Positions 10,940 through 20,772 of a stretch of DNA of 64,000 bases are shown one piece after another. Where the stretch lies: assembly GCA_965214605.1 (NCBI GenBank), contig OZ243961.1, forward strand, positions 3,648,001-3,712,000, in the 5' to 3' direction. Both the position numbers and the translations under genes were made by a program. Under the pieces are notes generated by a model. The model had not been told where the DNA came from. It saw only the letters and a list, made by a program, of their open reading frames with translations, and did not search any database. Position 1 is the stretch's first letter; every line of letters starts with the position of its first letter. The DNA is from an uncultured Candidatus Binatia bacterium (GTDB lineage: Bacteria > Desulfobacterota > Binatia > Bin18).

Positions 10940-11725
10940 ATGCAGGACAACGCAGTGTATCTGAAAACCCAGGGTGAAATTGCCACGCTAGTGCTGAACC
11001 GTCCGGATAAGCTGAACGCGCTCAACACCGAGGTCTTAGAGCGCATTAAAGCCGCTACGGCCGAGGTGGCTGACAATCCCGAGATCAAGGTCATGATTTT
11101 ACGCGGAGCGACGGCCAAGGTGTTTTCGTCCGGGGCGGATATCAGCGAGTTCCCCAAGGTCCATGCCACCCCGCACTCACGTGAGCAGTTTAACGACCTG
11201 TTTCGCTCCACCCTCGACGGCCTCACCTCGCTCGATAAACCGGTTATTGCCATGATCGCCGGCTATTGCTTTGGTGGGGGCTGTGCCCTAGCCTTGGCCT
11301 GTGATCTGCGCTACGCTGACCACACCGCCCGCTTCTGCATCCCGCCGGCCAAACTCGGTGTGGTCTACACCCTGCACGAAACAAAGCGTTTGGTGGATCT
11401 AGTTGGACCGTCAAAAGCCAAGGAAATGCTGATGGGGGCCAAGGTGCTGAACGCTGAAGAGGCGTTGACCTGGGGTCTGGCCACCCAGCTGTTTGATCCT
11501 GAAGATTTGGCTCGCGAGACCTGGGCCTTTGCCCAAGAGCTGTGTCGTCTGTCACAGTTCACGATTCGGGCGGTCAAAACGACTGTCGGTGAAATCCTTG
11601 CTGGGGCGCAGGACGACACGGTCGCAAGCCGTGAGCTGCGCGCCCGGACGTTTGAGAACCCAGACTATTTTGAGGGCCGAGACGCTTTTCTGCAGAAACG
11701 CAAACCCCAGTTCCGGTACCGCTAG
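10940..11725 (+). CDS. Enoyl-CoA hydratase/isomerase family protein
   Basis: LNRPDKLNAL, FSSGADI, GYCFGGG, EGRDAFLQKRKP; ATG 10940 after GGGAG. Confidence 0.9.
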   Translation: MQDNAVYLKTQGEIATLVLNRPDKLNALNTEVLERIKAATAEVADNPEIKVMILRGATAKVFSSGADISEFPKVHATPHSREQFNDLFRSTLDGLTSLDKPVIAMIAGYCFGGGCALALACDLRYADHTARFCIPPAKLGVVYTLHETKRLVDLVGPSKAKEMLMGAKVLNAEEALTWGLATQLFDPEDLARETWAFAQELCRLSQFTIRAVKTTVGEILAGAQDDTVASRELRARTFENPDYFEGRDAFLQKRKPQFRYR

Positions 11726-12692
11726 ACCAGGGAGCGGCCCTAGGATGGAATGCCGCTGCGGAAGGGCGTGACTCTTGGCGTACGCGATGTGATACAGGGC
11801 CATCACGCTCGACTGCGATGCTCATTGACGCTCCATTGGCCTTGGAGTCGCGCCCGTCACGACGCGGCTTTTCGACTGTCGACCCGAGTTCATTGACCCC
11901 GTGTTGAATGCGGGAGATAGCTGGTTTCGCCGCGGCCTTCGAGCTGGGCGAACGCCCGTGCCACGATCCGAGAGAGCGACGACCACGAGAGAAACAGCTA
12001 GATTCTCTTTCTGCTTGTCCATGACCATTGAGGAAGCCTTTGTTTGTCGAGTAATGATCACGAGGAGAAATGCCCTCCAAGTCGTCACGCTGGAATGCTG
12101 GCTGAAGAATATCAAGACTGTCATAGGTAGTTGTGACTCTGTGTTCCGTAAGGAAGAGGGCGATTGGGGCGCGATGCGCCTTCCGCCCGGTCCTCTCCAC
12201 AGGGGGCGGAACGCTTTGCGAATCCAGCGAGGATGACACTTTGTCTTCTGGTTAAAGTTCGACTGACAACTCTTGAGATCTGCGTTTTCCTCCACTGCGT
12301 GGCCTCGGGGCTCATCCCTTGACTCCCTGTCTTGGGAGAGCGGCTAGAGATGCTCCTCCGCCGTTGAACTGCGTGCCGTCCCCCCCCTTCACTACGTCGG
12401 CGCGTAGTGCCTCTACGGTGGTGCGCCACTAGTGTCTTGGCTCAGAAACACCTGGCCGCTATGACTTCATGCGTCGATCCTTCGGTTGTTGACCTGTTTT
12501 TATTGGAGGATTGCGACTGATGCGATTTCTCCGTCCAGGGGGCGGCGTGCTTTTCCATCGCATGCAACATGGTTGCTTTTCCTCCTCCGCAGCAGCGTCA
12601 CGAGGGTAGCACCCTGGCCGAATGTCCCAGGATAGTCTTTAGCACAGCCGGCGGCAGGGGGACGAGAAAGGCGCACCTCACAGCAGTCAATT

Positions 12693-13610
12693 TCATAACG
12701 CCTTGACCTGGGCATACTCCCCCACCGGGATGCCGAACGCCTCGGCCTGGTGGAGCAAATCGAGCGCGTTTCTGACGTGGGCGTAGTCGATCATCATCCC
12801 GTCATAGGTCACAGCCGCACGGCCGGCCTGTTCGGCCTCGGCCATGGCCTGCAAAATGCCCTTGTTCCACTCGATCTCTTGGCTGGATGGGGCAAAGACC
12901 TCGTTGGCAAGGGGGACGGCAGACGGATGGATCAGCAAGGCGCCGCGGAAGCCGATCTCTCGGGCGCGCTTGAGCTGGGCCTTGACCAGCTCGGTATCAC
13001 CAACCTCCAGTGAGCCAACCCCCAGCGGGTACTCAAAGCCGGCCGCCCGACAGGCAAGCAGGACGTGAGAGCCCATGTATAAGCTCTCCAGCCCCTCTCG
13101 GGTCCACTGAAAACCGACCGCTTTTGTGACATCGCCCGAACGCTGGCCAACACCCCCGATGACGGCCCCAACGCGGGGACAGGCCGAGGCCAGCTCATAG
13201 GCGTTCATAATACCCTTAGCCGTCTCTGGAATAGCCATAATTTCAACCGTGCCAAGGTCTAAGCCGGCCTTGCGTTCAAAGAGCTCGATCCAGGCGTCGA
13301 TTTTACGGATCTCGGCCGCGTTTTCGAGTTTTGGAATAGCAATGCCATCGAGACCGGCGGTGACAACGGCTTCCACGTCCTCGCCGGTCAGTCCGGTATC
13401 AAGCCCGTTGACGCGAACGAAGACCCCGACGTTTTTGTCTCGCAGCCGCTCAATGCCGGCTCGCACAATTGAGCGGGCCTCGACCTTTTCGGCGATCGGT
13501 ACGGCATCTTCAAGATCAATGATCAGCGCATCAGGGCCGTATTTGGGAGCCTTGTCAATCCAGTCCGGGCGGTTGCCAGGGACAAACAGGACCGAGCGGT
13601 ACAGTTTCAT
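12693..13610 (-). CDS. CitE / malyl-CoA lyase-like (HpcH/HpaI aldolase-citrate lyase family)
   Basis: RSVLFVPGNR, DLEDAV, VRVN, IPK, IHP, GMMIDYA. Confidence 0.9.
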   Translation of the reverse strand: MKLYRSVLFVPGNRPDWIDKAPKYGPDALIIDLEDAVPIAEKVEARSIVRAGIERLRDKNVGVFVRVNGLDTGLTGEDVEAVVTAGLDGIAIPKLENAAEIRKIDAWIELFERKAGLDLGTVEIMAIPETAKGIMNAYELASACPRVGAVIGGVGQRSGDVTKAVGFQWTREGLESLYMGSHVLLACRAAGFEYPLGVGSLEVGDTELVKAQLKRAREIGFRGALLIHPSAVPLANEVFAPSSQEIEWNKGILQAMAEAEQAGRAAVTYDGMMIDYAHVRNALDLLHQAEAFGIPVGEYAQVKAL

Positions 13611-13683
13611 GGAGTCTCTCCTCCCTAGGTGTGATGAGTGCCAGCATTGGCCGATTTTTCGCCTCGGTCAAGAATCTAAGCCT

Positions 13684-15222
13684 TCACGAAACACGGTCGG
13701 ATTTCGGCCCAGTCTGAAAATAGTCCACAATCGCCCGGCTGAAGGCCGCAATCGTATACTGCTGGGGCTGGACGCTGACGGATAACCCATATTCGCGGGC
13801 CGTATGCGCTGTAATCGGCCCGATGCAGCCCAACGCCGTGCTGCCGAGTAGGGCTGGAACATCCTGGTCGGCAAACGCGGCCATAAAATTGCGGACCGTG
13901 CTTGAGCTGGTAAAGGTGATGAGATCAATCTGATGGGTCTGCAGCAGTTGGCGCAACTCCTCGGTCTGGGCGAGGGGACGAACCGTCTTGTAGACCGCGA
14001 TTTCATCGACCTGAGCGCCCGCGGCGCGCAGGTCCTTGGGCAGGACCTCCCGCGCTTCAGCTGCCCGCGGCAGGAGAATCCGTTGACCGGCGACATCGCC
14101 GAGCACGGGCAGGAGGGCTTCGGCGCGGTACTCGGTCGGTATCGCCTCAACCTGGAGATGCCGGGCTTCCAGGGCGCGGGCGGTCTCCGGACCGATCGCT
14201 GCCAGGCGCACTCCGGCCAGTCTCCGAATATCGTGTCGGCGTTGGGCCAAGCGCTCGAAGACATAGCGTACGCCGTTGACGCTGGTAAAAATTGCCCAGT
14301 CATAGCTCGGCAGCACCTCTAGGGCGGCGTCTAGCCCGTGGGAGGATTCAACCGGCACGGTTTCAATAGTCGGAAACTGAACCACGGCCGCACCGTGCTG
14401 TTCGAGCTGTTCAACAAAGCCGCTGGCCTGAAGACGGGGCCGGGTGACCACGATACGCCGACCGAATAAGGGCTTGGTCTCAAACCAGCGGAGCTGCTGG
14501 CGCAGCTCGACCACCTGGCCGACAACCGCCACGGCTGGTGGCTCAAATCCACGTTGCTCAACCAGATCGGCAATCGTCTCGACCGTGCCGATCAACACGT
14601 CTTGATCGGGCCGCGTGCCCCACCGAATCAGGGCAACCGGCGTGTGGCCAGACAGCTGGTAACGCATCAAACGCCGCATATTATTGCGCAGCTGTCGGGT
14701 GCCCATGAGGAAAACCAGCGTACCGCCGACCCCAGCCAACGTGGCCCAGTTGAGATGTGGAGCAGTGTCCCAGACTTCTTTGTGACCGCTTACAATCGCC
14801 ACCGCAGACGCGTGCTCACGATGGGTGAGTGGAATCCCGGCGTAGGCGGGGACCGCTAGCGCCGAGGTGACACCCGGAACAATCTCAAAGGGAAGAGCCG
14901 CCTTGGCCAGCTCCTGGGCCTCTTCACCGCCTCGACCAAACAGAAACGGGTCACCGCCCTTGAGCCGGACAACAGTCTGTCCCTGGCGAGCCCGGTCCAC
15001 AATCAGTCGATTGATGTCGGTCTGACTCATGACCGCGCGGCCGCTGCGTTTGCCGGCGTAGATCAGATCGGCCTGGGGGGGGGCGTAAGCCAGAATACGG
15101 TGGTCGACCAGATAGTCATAGATCACGACATCGGCCTGTTCGAGGCAGCGTTTGCCCTTGAGGGTCAACAGACCCGGGTCGCCGGGACCCGCGCCAATGA
15201 GATAAACGGACATAGGGCTCAC
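13684..15222 (-). CDS. Uroporphyrinogen-III C-methyltransferase / uroporphyrinogen-III synthase fusion (CobA-HemD)
   Basis: GAGPGDPGLLT, RLKGGDPFLFGRGGEE followed by HemD domain (VVTRP, FTSVNGV, FTSSSTV, CIGPIT). Confidence 0.95.
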   Translation of the reverse strand: MSPMSVYLIGAGPGDPGLLTLKGKRCLEQADVVIYDYLVDHRILAYAPPQADLIYAGKRSGRAVMSQTDINRLIVDRARQGQTVVRLKGGDPFLFGRGGEEAQELAKAALPFEIVPGVTSALAVPAYAGIPLTHREHASAVAIVSGHKEVWDTAPHLNWATLAGVGGTLVFLMGTRQLRNNMRRLMRYQLSGHTPVALIRWGTRPDQDVLIGTVETIADLVEQRGFEPPAVAVVGQVVELRQQLRWFETKPLFGRRIVVTRPRLQASGFVEQLEQHGAAVVQFPTIETVPVESSHGLDAALEVLPSYDWAIFTSVNGVRYVFERLAQRRHDIRRLAGVRLAAIGPETARALEARHLQVEAIPTEYRAEALLPVLGDVAGQRILLPRAAEAREVLPKDLRAAGAQVDEIAVYKTVRPLAQTEELRQLLQTHQIDLITFTSSSTVRNFMAAFADQDVPALLGSTALGCIGPITAHTAREYGLSVSVQPQQYTIAAFSRAIVDYFQTGPKSDRVS

Positions 15223-16139
15223 ACCTCCAGGGTTGCCAGTATTTCCCGTCCACCCCGAGCGAGCAGGGATTCCGCGACCGCGGCCCCGATCTGTCCGGCT
15301 GTCTCGACCGGACCGCTCTGCTCGTGACGCAGCAGGCGTTTGCCATCCGGGCTGGCCACCAGAGCGGTCAGCCGGAGGCTACCGTTGGTGACTGTCCCTT
15401 TGGCGGCCAGGGGTGTTCGACAGCTCCCGCCCATGCCTTTGAGAAAGGCGCGCTCGGCCTCAATCGCGTGTGCTGTTTCAGTGTGGTGCAAGGGATCGAG
15501 CAGGGCACCGACCCTGTCTCCGGCTCGGATTTCAATCCCCAGCGCGCCTTGGCCGATCGCGGGCAAAAATTCCTCGTCGTCGAGCGGATAGCCGTTTTTG
15601 AGCCTGAGACTCAGCCGTTTGAGTCCGGCAGCGGCTAAAATAGTGGCGTCTACCCGGCCTTCTAGTTGACGGCGCAGGCGGGTTTCCACATTGCCCCGCA
15701 GGACTTCGATCTGTAGGCCGGGACGCAGGTGGAGAAGCAGGGCTTGGCGGCGCAGGCTGCTCGTGCCGACACGAGTGCCATCCGGCAGCTCTGCCAGTGA
15801 TGAACCGTTGGGCGAGATAAGCACGTCGTGGGAGTCTTCCCGTTTAGGAATGGCGTGCAGGTGAAGTCCGGGGGGGAGCTCGGCCGGCAGGTCTTTGACC
15901 GAGTGGACGGCCAGATCAACTTCTTCGGCCAGCAGGGCCTGTTCGATTTCTTTGACAAAGAGACCCTTGCCGCCAATCCGGGACAGTGAGAGGTGCTGGA
16001 TTTTATCTCCCGAGGTGGTGATCGGCACGAGTTCAACCCGGAGATCCGGCCAGTGCGCTTCGAGTTGCTGCTTGACCCAGCCGGCTTGCCACACGGCCAG
16101 GGTGCTGCCACGGGTGCCGATACGAACGGTGGAGGGCAT
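15219..16139 (-). CDS. hemC: Porphobilinogen deaminase
   Basis: IGTRGSTLA, GGKGLFVKE, VHSVKD, GTSSLRR, RGNVETR, GGSCRTP. Confidence 0.97.
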   Translation of the reverse strand: MPSTVRIGTRGSTLAVWQAGWVKQQLEAHWPDLRVELVPITTSGDKIQHLSLSRIGGKGLFVKEIEQALLAEEVDLAVHSVKDLPAELPPGLHLHAIPKREDSHDVLISPNGSSLAELPDGTRVGTSSLRRQALLLHLRPGLQIEVLRGNVETRLRRQLEGRVDATILAAAGLKRLSLRLKNGYPLDDEEFLPAIGQGALGIEIRAGDRVGALLDPLHHTETAHAIEAERAFLKGMGGSCRTPLAAKGTVTNGSLRLTALVASPDGKRLLRHEQSGPVETAGQIGAAVAESLLARGGREILATLEV

Positions 16140-16143
16140 GTTT

Positions 16144-17454
16144 TTAGTCTTCCGCGTCATCAAGCCCGAACATCTGTCGTACCGCGGTCACACTTGTTGC
16201 GCCTTCCTCGGCATCCCCATTCCGGCTGCGGGTTTTCAGATATCCAATCGGTGGATGCAATAGTTTATTCATGAGCGACAAACTCAGTCCCTCGATCGCG
16301 CGGCGCGTTTCAGGCGGGCAGTCTTTGAGCCCGGCCAAGGCTTTTTCAACTTCACGCTTACGCATCGCCTCGGCTTTGTGACGCAAGGCAACAATGATCG
16401 GACTGATGTCTCGACTTGAATACCACTGCCAGAAGGCTTCAACCTCTTCGTGTACAATGGCCTCGGCTTTGAGCGCCTCGAACTCACGCTCGCCCCTATG
16501 GTCGGTTACAATCTGTTCTAAGTCGTCAATATCGTACAGAAACACATTCTCAAGATTGTTGAGGCGCGGGTCAAAATTGCGCGGGACGCCAAGATCAATC
16601 AAAAACATAGGCCGTCGTTTGCGCTCGTGCAAAGCCTCTAGGACAAGGTCTGAGGTCAGGTGATAGGTGCTGCCCCCGGCCGAACCAATCACTACGTCGG
16701 CCAAATGCAGCTGCTTGGGAAATTGTTCGAACGGCACGACTGTTCCGGCACAGGTACTGGCTAGCTCGACCGCCCGCTGGAAGGTTCGGTTGGTGATGAG
16801 AATTGTTCCAATGGCGTTGTCCCGGAGATGGCGGATGGTCTGTTGGCTCATCTCTCCCACGCCAATGACCATTGCGGTTTTGTCGTTGAGGTGATCAAAA
16901 ATCCGACATGCCAGCTCAACCGCAACCGAGCTGACTGAGACGGATTTGACCGCAATGCCGGTTTCACTGCGAACGCGCTTAGCGACCGAAAACGTTTTGT
17001 GAAACCACCGGTGGAGAACCGCGCCGAGCGTGCCAAGCGAAGCTGAGGCGGTATAGGCGTCTTTGATCTGGCCCAGAATCTGGGGTTCGCCCACGACTAG
17101 GGAATCAAGACTGGAGGCGACCCGGAACACATGTCTGACGGCCTCTCTATCGGTATGGGTGTACAGATGGGCTTCAAACAGCTGGAGTGGCAGACCCTGC
17201 TCTTGGGCCAAAAAGGTTTTGATGTGCTGGCTGGCCTCTTGTGGATTGTGGGTCCAAGTCACGACTTCGACCCGGTTGCAGGTCGAGACAATCGCGCCTT
17301 CCTGAATGCTGGGGGCGTTGACTAGGCGGGGCAGGGCGTGGAGCAACATCCCCTCGCTGAAGGCCAACTTCTCGCGCACCTCAACCGGAGTCGTATGATG
17401 GTTAAGGCCAACGACCATCAGGCTGGGGGCTGACTTAGCCAAATTCGCCTCCAT
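16144..17454 (-). CDS. hemA: Glutamyl-tRNA reductase
   Basis: STCNRVE, SLDSLVVGEPQILGQ, IDLGVPR, YDIDDL. Confidence 0.97.
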   Translation of the reverse strand: MEANLAKSAPSLMVVGLNHHTTPVEVREKLAFSEGMLLHALPRLVNAPSIQEGAIVSTCNRVEVVTWTHNPQEASQHIKTFLAQEQGLPLQLFEAHLYTHTDREAVRHVFRVASSLDSLVVGEPQILGQIKDAYTASASLGTLGAVLHRWFHKTFSVAKRVRSETGIAVKSVSVSSVAVELACRIFDHLNDKTAMVIGVGEMSQQTIRHLRDNAIGTILITNRTFQRAVELASTCAGTVVPFEQFPKQLHLADVVIGSAGGSTYHLTSDLVLEALHERKRRPMFLIDLGVPRNFDPRLNNLENVFLYDIDDLEQIVTDHRGEREFEALKAEAIVHEEVEAFWQWYSSRDISPIIVALRHKAEAMRKREVEKALAGLKDCPPETRRAIEGLSLSLMNKLLHPPIGYLKTRSRNGDAEEGATSVTAVRQMFGLDDAED

Positions 17455-18250
17455 GACGCCCCGGCAAGAGACGAACTCCCAAGAACGAGATCAGGAGCAC
17501 GGTAAAGCAGACAATGGTTAAGGTCGCGGCGCGTCGTCCACGCCAGCCAACGCTGCGATAGTGGAGCAGGCAGGCGTACAAGACCCAGCTCACCAGCGAT
17601 AACACCAGCCGCGGCTCCCAAATCCAGAAATGGCCCCAGGCGTGCTGGGCCCACACCGCGCCGCTGACAATCCCCAGGGTTAATAGCGGAAAGCCCCACG
17701 ACAGGGAGCGATAGTTCAGCTTGTCGAGGGTCTCTAGGGCGGGCAGGTGGCGGAAAACCCCGCCAATTTTTTTACCCTTGAGCCGTTTTTCTTGAAAGAC
17801 ATAGATCAGGCTGGCAAAAAAGGCGACGCAGAAAACAGCGTTGCCTAAAAAGGCAAGCGTCACGTGCACCGGCAGCCAGCTGCTCTGCAGGGCCGGCGGC
17901 AGCGCCCGAGCCTGGGTATAAAAGATAAACACTCCCAGAGTCAGAATAAAGCTAATCGGGCTGACCACCGCTCCTAGCACGGTCAGGGACGAGCGCCACT
18001 GAACCAACAGAAACAGGCCACTCGTCAGCCAGATGAAAAAGGAGACTGCCTCATACGGATTGGTGACCGCAATATAGCCGACTGACAGGGAGCGAGTTGC
18101 AATCGCTCCGGCATGGGCGGTGCAGGCGACTAGTAGCAGACCGGGCGCAACGTGCCGAAGGGTTTGCTGGGGCGACAGCAGAGCGAGCAGAAACCCCGCC
18201 GTGCTCAGCAGATAGAAGACAAGGGCCGATGTGAGTAGGACAATTTCCAC
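17435..18250 (-). CDS. ccsA: Cytochrome c assembly protein (CcsA/HemX family)
   Basis: Multi-TM, GAVWAQHAWGHFWIWEP WWD-like motif, C-terminal His; typical position before hemA. Confidence 0.85.
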   Translation of the reverse strand: MEIVLLTSALVFYLLSTAGFLLALLSPQQTLRHVAPGLLLVACTAHAGAIATRSLSVGYIAVTNPYEAVSFFIWLTSGLFLLVQWRSSLTVLGAVVSPISFILTLGVFIFYTQARALPPALQSSWLPVHVTLAFLGNAVFCVAFFASLIYVFQEKRLKGKKIGGVFRHLPALETLDKLNYRSLSWGFPLLTLGIVSGAVWAQHAWGHFWIWEPRLVLSLVSWVLYACLLHYRSVGWRGRRAATLTIVCFTVLLISFLGVRLLPGRHGGEFG

Positions 18251-18253
18251 CGG

Positions 18254-18916
18254 TCAGACCTGAAAGTCGAGCTGCTCTAAGCCGTAGGATTCTCCGAGGG
18301 TTGCGTGTAGCAGGGCGTTGAGCTTATCAATTTTCCGCTCGCGGAGATAGTCGAGCAGGGGAGAATTGACAAGAGCGTGCAGACGTTGCCCACGTTCCTG
18401 GCTCGACAGGCGAGTCTGAGCTACTCGCTCTCGGACCCGGGCTAGCAGTTGCAGTGCCTCGGCGTACTCTGGACCAAAGTCTGTGGATAGCTGGTGGCGG
18501 ATTTTTTTTGCCATGGCCGGACTAGTGCCCTCGGTGGAAACGGCAATCTTCAAATTGCCCTGGGAGACAACGGCGGGAACGATAAACGAGCACAGGGCCG
18601 GGCGATCAGCAACGTTCAGCAACACTCCGGCGGCACGTGCTTCAGTGGCTAAGCGGCGGTGCAGGCTCTCGTCCGAGGTCGCCGCAAACACGAGACCAAA
18701 ACCTCGCATATCGCCGCTTTGGTATGGACGAGACTCGGTCTTGATCCGCAACTCGGCAGCCCATACACCGAGCTGCGGGGTTAGGGTCGGGCTAATCACG
18801 CTGACCCGGGCCTGGGCGTCGAGTAAAGCTGTCACTTTCCGCTCAGCAACACTCCCTCCCCCGACGACTAAACACGGCTGATCGCTGAGATCAACAAAAA
18901 TTGGATAATAGCCCAT
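18254..18916 (-). CDS. Precorrin-2 dehydrogenase / sirohydrochlorin ferrochelatase (SirC/Met8/CysG N-terminal)
   Basis: YYPIFVDL, LVVGGGSVAERK, NVADRPALCSF, AVSTEGTSP. Confidence 0.92.
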   Translation of the reverse strand: MGYYPIFVDLSDQPCLVVGGGSVAERKVTALLDAQARVSVISPTLTPQLGVWAAELRIKTESRPYQSGDMRGFGLVFAATSDESLHRRLATEARAAGVLLNVADRPALCSFIVPAVVSQGNLKIAVSTEGTSPAMAKKIRHQLSTDFGPEYAEALQLLARVRERVAQTRLSSQERGQRLHALVNSPLLDYLRERKIDKLNALLHATLGESYGLEQLDFQV

Positions 18917-18962
18917 AGCGATTCGTGCCGGATAGCAAGGTAGGCCAAAACGCTAGCATAAC

Positions 18963-19000
18963 CAAAAAAGCAGGGGAATGACCCCGCGCTAGGGCGGGGT
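18963..19000 (-). terminator. Probable intrinsic terminator after the lytic transglycosylase gene
   Basis: Minus strand GC hairpins (ACCCCGC-N6-GCGGGGT / GGGG-TCATT-CCCC) followed by TGCTTTTTT just after the stop at 19009. Confidence 0.45.
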
Positions 19001-19008
19001 GCTAGCCC

Positions 19009-20727
19009 TCAGTAAGTCAGTGGCACGCGCAAGGTCTGGCCGACCTGTAGGAAGTGGGGGTTCCGGATCCCGTTCAGGCGCTTGAGCGCGGTGACAGTCG
19101 TCCGGTAGCGCTGGGCAATGGCGCCAAGGGTTTGGCCGCGCCGGACCTTGTGGGAGACGTAGCCGCCGGGCAAGCGCAGCTGCTGGCCGGGGTAAATGGT
19201 ATTCACCCGCTTGATGTCGTTGAGTTCCTTGAGGGTGGCGACGCTGGTCCGGTAGCGCTGGGCGATGGCGTCGAGGGTCTGGCCGCGCTGAACCGTATGA
19301 AGATGCTCTGAAGGGTTCGGCTGGGGGGGCTGGGAGGCTGGGGGGCTGGTAACAGACGCTTGAGCGGTAGCGATCGTGTCGTTGGGCTGGGGCAACAACA
19401 GACGCTGCCCGGCCCTAATAAAATTAGCATTCTGTATAGAGTTGAGCCGTTGCAGTGTCTTGACGCTAGTCCCGTGGCGCTGCGCGATGACGGCCAAGGT
19501 CTGGCCGGGACGAACGGTATGGCTCGTGCTGTCTAAAGCCGCATACTGGCGACGGAACTGCTCAGTCGTGCCGTCCGGGATACGCAGCTGGTAGCCCCTG
19601 GGGATTGAGCGTCTGCCCTGGCGGATAGATCTCCCCAGGGCGGGATTGAGCTCAATCAGCTGCTCGGTCGAGATGTTGGCGCAGCGCGCCGCGACCCCTA
19701 GCGGCAGATAGCTGGCGAGGGCCACCTCGTCGTAGCGAAGCGGGGCCTCGCGTTTGAAGTCGCCAAAGTAGTTGGCTGCATTTTTTTCAACTTCGACCGC
19801 GGCCAGAAACTCGGCGTAGAAATTGCGCGAGGCAAAACCGAAGGTGCGGCTTTTGTAGGAACGGATGATACGGACAATATCGGTGCTGCCGACCTGCCGG
19901 ACCGCTCTGACCATGCCGGCCCGACCGTGGTTGTAGGCGGTGATGGCCAACGGCCAGGTGCCGAGTCTTTCATAGTTGGCTTTGAGCAGCTTGGCCGCGG
20001 CCCGGGCCGAGATGAATGGGTCGCGACGCTCGTCAATTAGCCCGGTGATCTGCATGAACTGCCGCCCGGTCGAGGGCATAAACTGCCACACACCAGCGGC
20101 CCCGGCTCTGGAGTAGGCGTGGATGTTGAACGTTGATTCGACTAGTGGCAGTCGGGTCAGTTCAGTCGGCAGGCCGGCACGTCGGAAGATTGCCTCTATC
20201 TCGTCCATATACCGGCCCGATATTTGAAGCCCACGGCGGAACTTTTCCCGGATGCCGGTTTGCGCCCGGACCCGCCCCTCGGCCGCAGCTCGAAGAAACT
20301 TGTTTGACTCGCTGACCGTGCTGAAGAGCCGTCGAAGCTGTTGTTCTTCAGCCGTCAGTCGGCCCTTATTCGTCGAGCGGTGCAGTTTGCGTAGAGTCGT
20401 CCGGATGTTTTTGCTCTCGCGTTTGATGCGCTTTTTTCTGAGGCGGGCAAAGGTATGCGGCGGCCGGTCCTTGTAGCTTTCGTGCAGGGACCGGAAGTCC
20501 AGCGTCTTGTAGACTAGCATATGGACGTTGTCGTGCAGAATGACGGTGTGTTTGGAGGTGGTGAACACCTGCTGCCAGAAGTTGACCTGTGGTCTGAGTT
20601 CTGGAGGGGCGGGGAAAGGCTGGGACGGAGTGGGTGGGCGGGCAGCCTGTAACCCGCCGGCTGGCAGAACGAGCGCAATTCCGATCAGGACCGCAACAAA
20701 GATCCGTGGCATATCCATCGACTGCAT
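19009..20727 (-). CDS. MltD-like lytic murein transglycosylase with three C-terminal LysM repeats
   Basis: SLT motifs LVES, AGVWQFM, AITAYNHG; three H(T/K)VxxGQTL LysM repeats; ATG 20727 after GAGGAGG. Confidence 0.9.
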   Translation of the reverse strand: MQSMDMPRIFVAVLIGIALVLPAGGLQAARPPTPSQPFPAPPELRPQVNFWQQVFTTSKHTVILHDNVHMLVYKTLDFRSLHESYKDRPPHTFARLRKKRIKRESKNIRTTLRKLHRSTNKGRLTAEEQQLRRLFSTVSESNKFLRAAAEGRVRAQTGIREKFRRGLQISGRYMDEIEAIFRRAGLPTELTRLPLVESTFNIHAYSRAGAAGVWQFMPSTGRQFMQITGLIDERRDPFISARAAAKLLKANYERLGTWPLAITAYNHGRAGMVRAVRQVGSTDIVRIIRSYKSRTFGFASRNFYAEFLAAVEVEKNAANYFGDFKREAPLRYDEVALASYLPLGVAARCANISTEQLIELNPALGRSIRQGRRSIPRGYQLRIPDGTTEQFRRQYAALDSTSHTVRPGQTLAVIAQRHGTSVKTLQRLNSIQNANFIRAGQRLLLPQPNDTIATAQASVTSPPASQPPQPNPSEHLHTVQRGQTLDAIAQRYRTSVATLKELNDIKRVNTIYPGQQLRLPGGYVSHKVRRGQTLGAIAQRYRTTVTALKRLNGIRNPHFLQVGQTLRVPLTY

Positions 20728-20772
20728 GGTTCCTCCTCGACATATTCCCATCCACCTAACCATGCGCTAGGC

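Noticed and set aside
11726-12692. ORFs 11574-12239, 11822-12295, 11901-12236 and a HicB-like PGTFGQGATL snippet
   Set aside because: Overlapping frames with no coherent family signal; the snippet is too short to support a call
19030-19520. DNA-level repeats within the transglycosylase gene
   Set aside because: Explained by the three LysM domains
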